A stretch of 64,000 nucleotides of DNA, taken from Octopus bimaculoides (lineage: Eukaryota). The stretch covers positions 176,821,684-176,885,683 of the forward strand of contig NC_068981.1 in NCBI RefSeq assembly GCF_001194135.2, read 5' to 3'. Position numbers and translations under genes: made by a program. Every line of letters begins with the position of its first letter. Position 1 is the stretch's first letter. Of the stretch, positions 62,651-64,000 are shown in pieces. The notes under the pieces were generated by a model. That model searched no databases and was not told the origin of the DNA. It saw only the letters and a program-made list of their open reading frames with translations.

Positions 62651-63514
62651 TACACTTGTAGTTATCTTCTTTTAATCATGATAAGAATTTCCGTTACATA
62701 GATTCAAGGCATATGGTAATTATTCAAATATTCTTTCCCTACTATCATGCAATAAATGCTGCATTCATGGTTTATAGAGTTTTCTAAATATTTTCATTCC
62801 GGCATTTTTAAAATAAATTAGCACAACACAATTATTTTTCTCTAATATTTCACGTGATAGAAATTAAGAGAAAGAATGAAATATATGAAAACCAAAGCAT
62901 CCTAAAAGAGGGTGTGAGAAACAATGGGTGGAATATTTGGTGGAAATAAAGGGTGTAAAATTAAGATAGAACAGATAGATGACAAGATGAATAATCAGGA
63001 AGAGAAGAGAGAGAACTAAGGTAAAACAGAAAACAGGTTAGTGGAGGAAGGCAAGAAAAACATTGTGTTAAAGAAATATGAAGAAAAACTTGCATGAATT
63101 ATTCAGTTATATTTCTGCTGATAAAGATTATTCTCTTTCTTCTGTACTCTTCTGTCTTCTTTTTTTCTTTTTTATATTTCAATAGTTTTCAGAAATGGCC
63201 ATTAAATCAATAATTTGTTGCACTTAATTTGAAGCAACCTTTCAAAAAGGTATTTGTTTTGTATTAATATGCATTTCCAAACAAGCAAACTATTATGCAT
63301 TTGCAAACCATAATAAATTTAGCAATCATTTTGCACTTTCAATATTTTCCTTGTCTTATTGATCAGCGATACTTTCAGATAAGATAAATACCATCAAAGA
63401 CAAGCGGGAAAGACAAAGGGAGCTATTTTATGGGCAAAATATTACAATAAATAAAATTGATTGTTTCTTTGATGAAGTAAGAAAAAAAAAATTAAGATAA
63501 TCCAACAATTCCTA

Positions 63515-63885
63515 TAGATCAGGAGTTTGATTCCCAACCATTTGGTCTTGGGTTCAGTCCCATTGCACAGCACCTTCGTCAAGTATTTTCTATTATAGCC
63601 TTGGGCCAACTAAAGCCTTGCGAGTGAATTTGGTAGACTGAAACTGAAAGGAATCCATCATACATATATGTATATGTATGTGTGTCTGTGTGTGTCTTGG
63701 TGTTTGGCCACCACCACCACATGATAGCCAGTGTTGGTTTGTTTATATCCCCGTAACGTAGTGCTTTGGCAAAAGAGACCAATAGAATAAATACTAGGAT
63801 TAGAAAGGAAAAGAACTACTAGGGTCAATTTTTTTGATTAAACCTTCAAGGCAGTAACCCAGCATGGCCACATCCAATACCTGAA
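63515..63885 (+). mobile_element. SINE family A, diverged
   Basis: Head, central block and tail recognisable. Confidence 0.8.
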
Positions 63886-64000
63886 CCAAAATTAAAAATA
63901 TCAATGGATTTTTCCATAGTCCATATCTATGCATAGAGAGATAGATACACATACATACATATATGTATATGTATGTGTATATATATATATATATATATAT

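Overview
AT-rich, repeat-dense eukaryotic genomic DNA with about 2.9 kb of N in nine gaps. The SINE families and (TA)n/(CA)n/(AAT)n/(GAT)n microsatellites are most consistent with an Octopus (coleoid cephalopod) genome; that assignment is from recall, not a search. No intact long ORF and no recognisable protein-coding gene is present; nearly all listed ORFs are microsatellite, gap or chance ORFs. What is well supported is a layered transposon landscape. It includes several tRNA-derived SINE families, 3' ends of an RTE LINE, R4/Dong-type RLE LINE fragments in (AAT)n arrays, I/Jockey-group and CR1 LINE fossils, and hAT, Tc1/mariner, pogo and TTAA piggyBac-type MITEs, many nested with visible TSDs. 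The most interesting signals are: (1) a 140-bp-arm foldback hairpin at 16775-17076; (2) two tandem minimal hammerhead-like motifs in Penelope-type repeats at 53.4-53.9 kb; (3) a tentative plus-strand series of phase-compatible micro-exons and short alternative last exons, several ending in PDZ- or CaaX-like motifs. The third is low confidence, because equally strong splice-site pairs occur by chance here. I cannot claim a new biological system from sequence alone.
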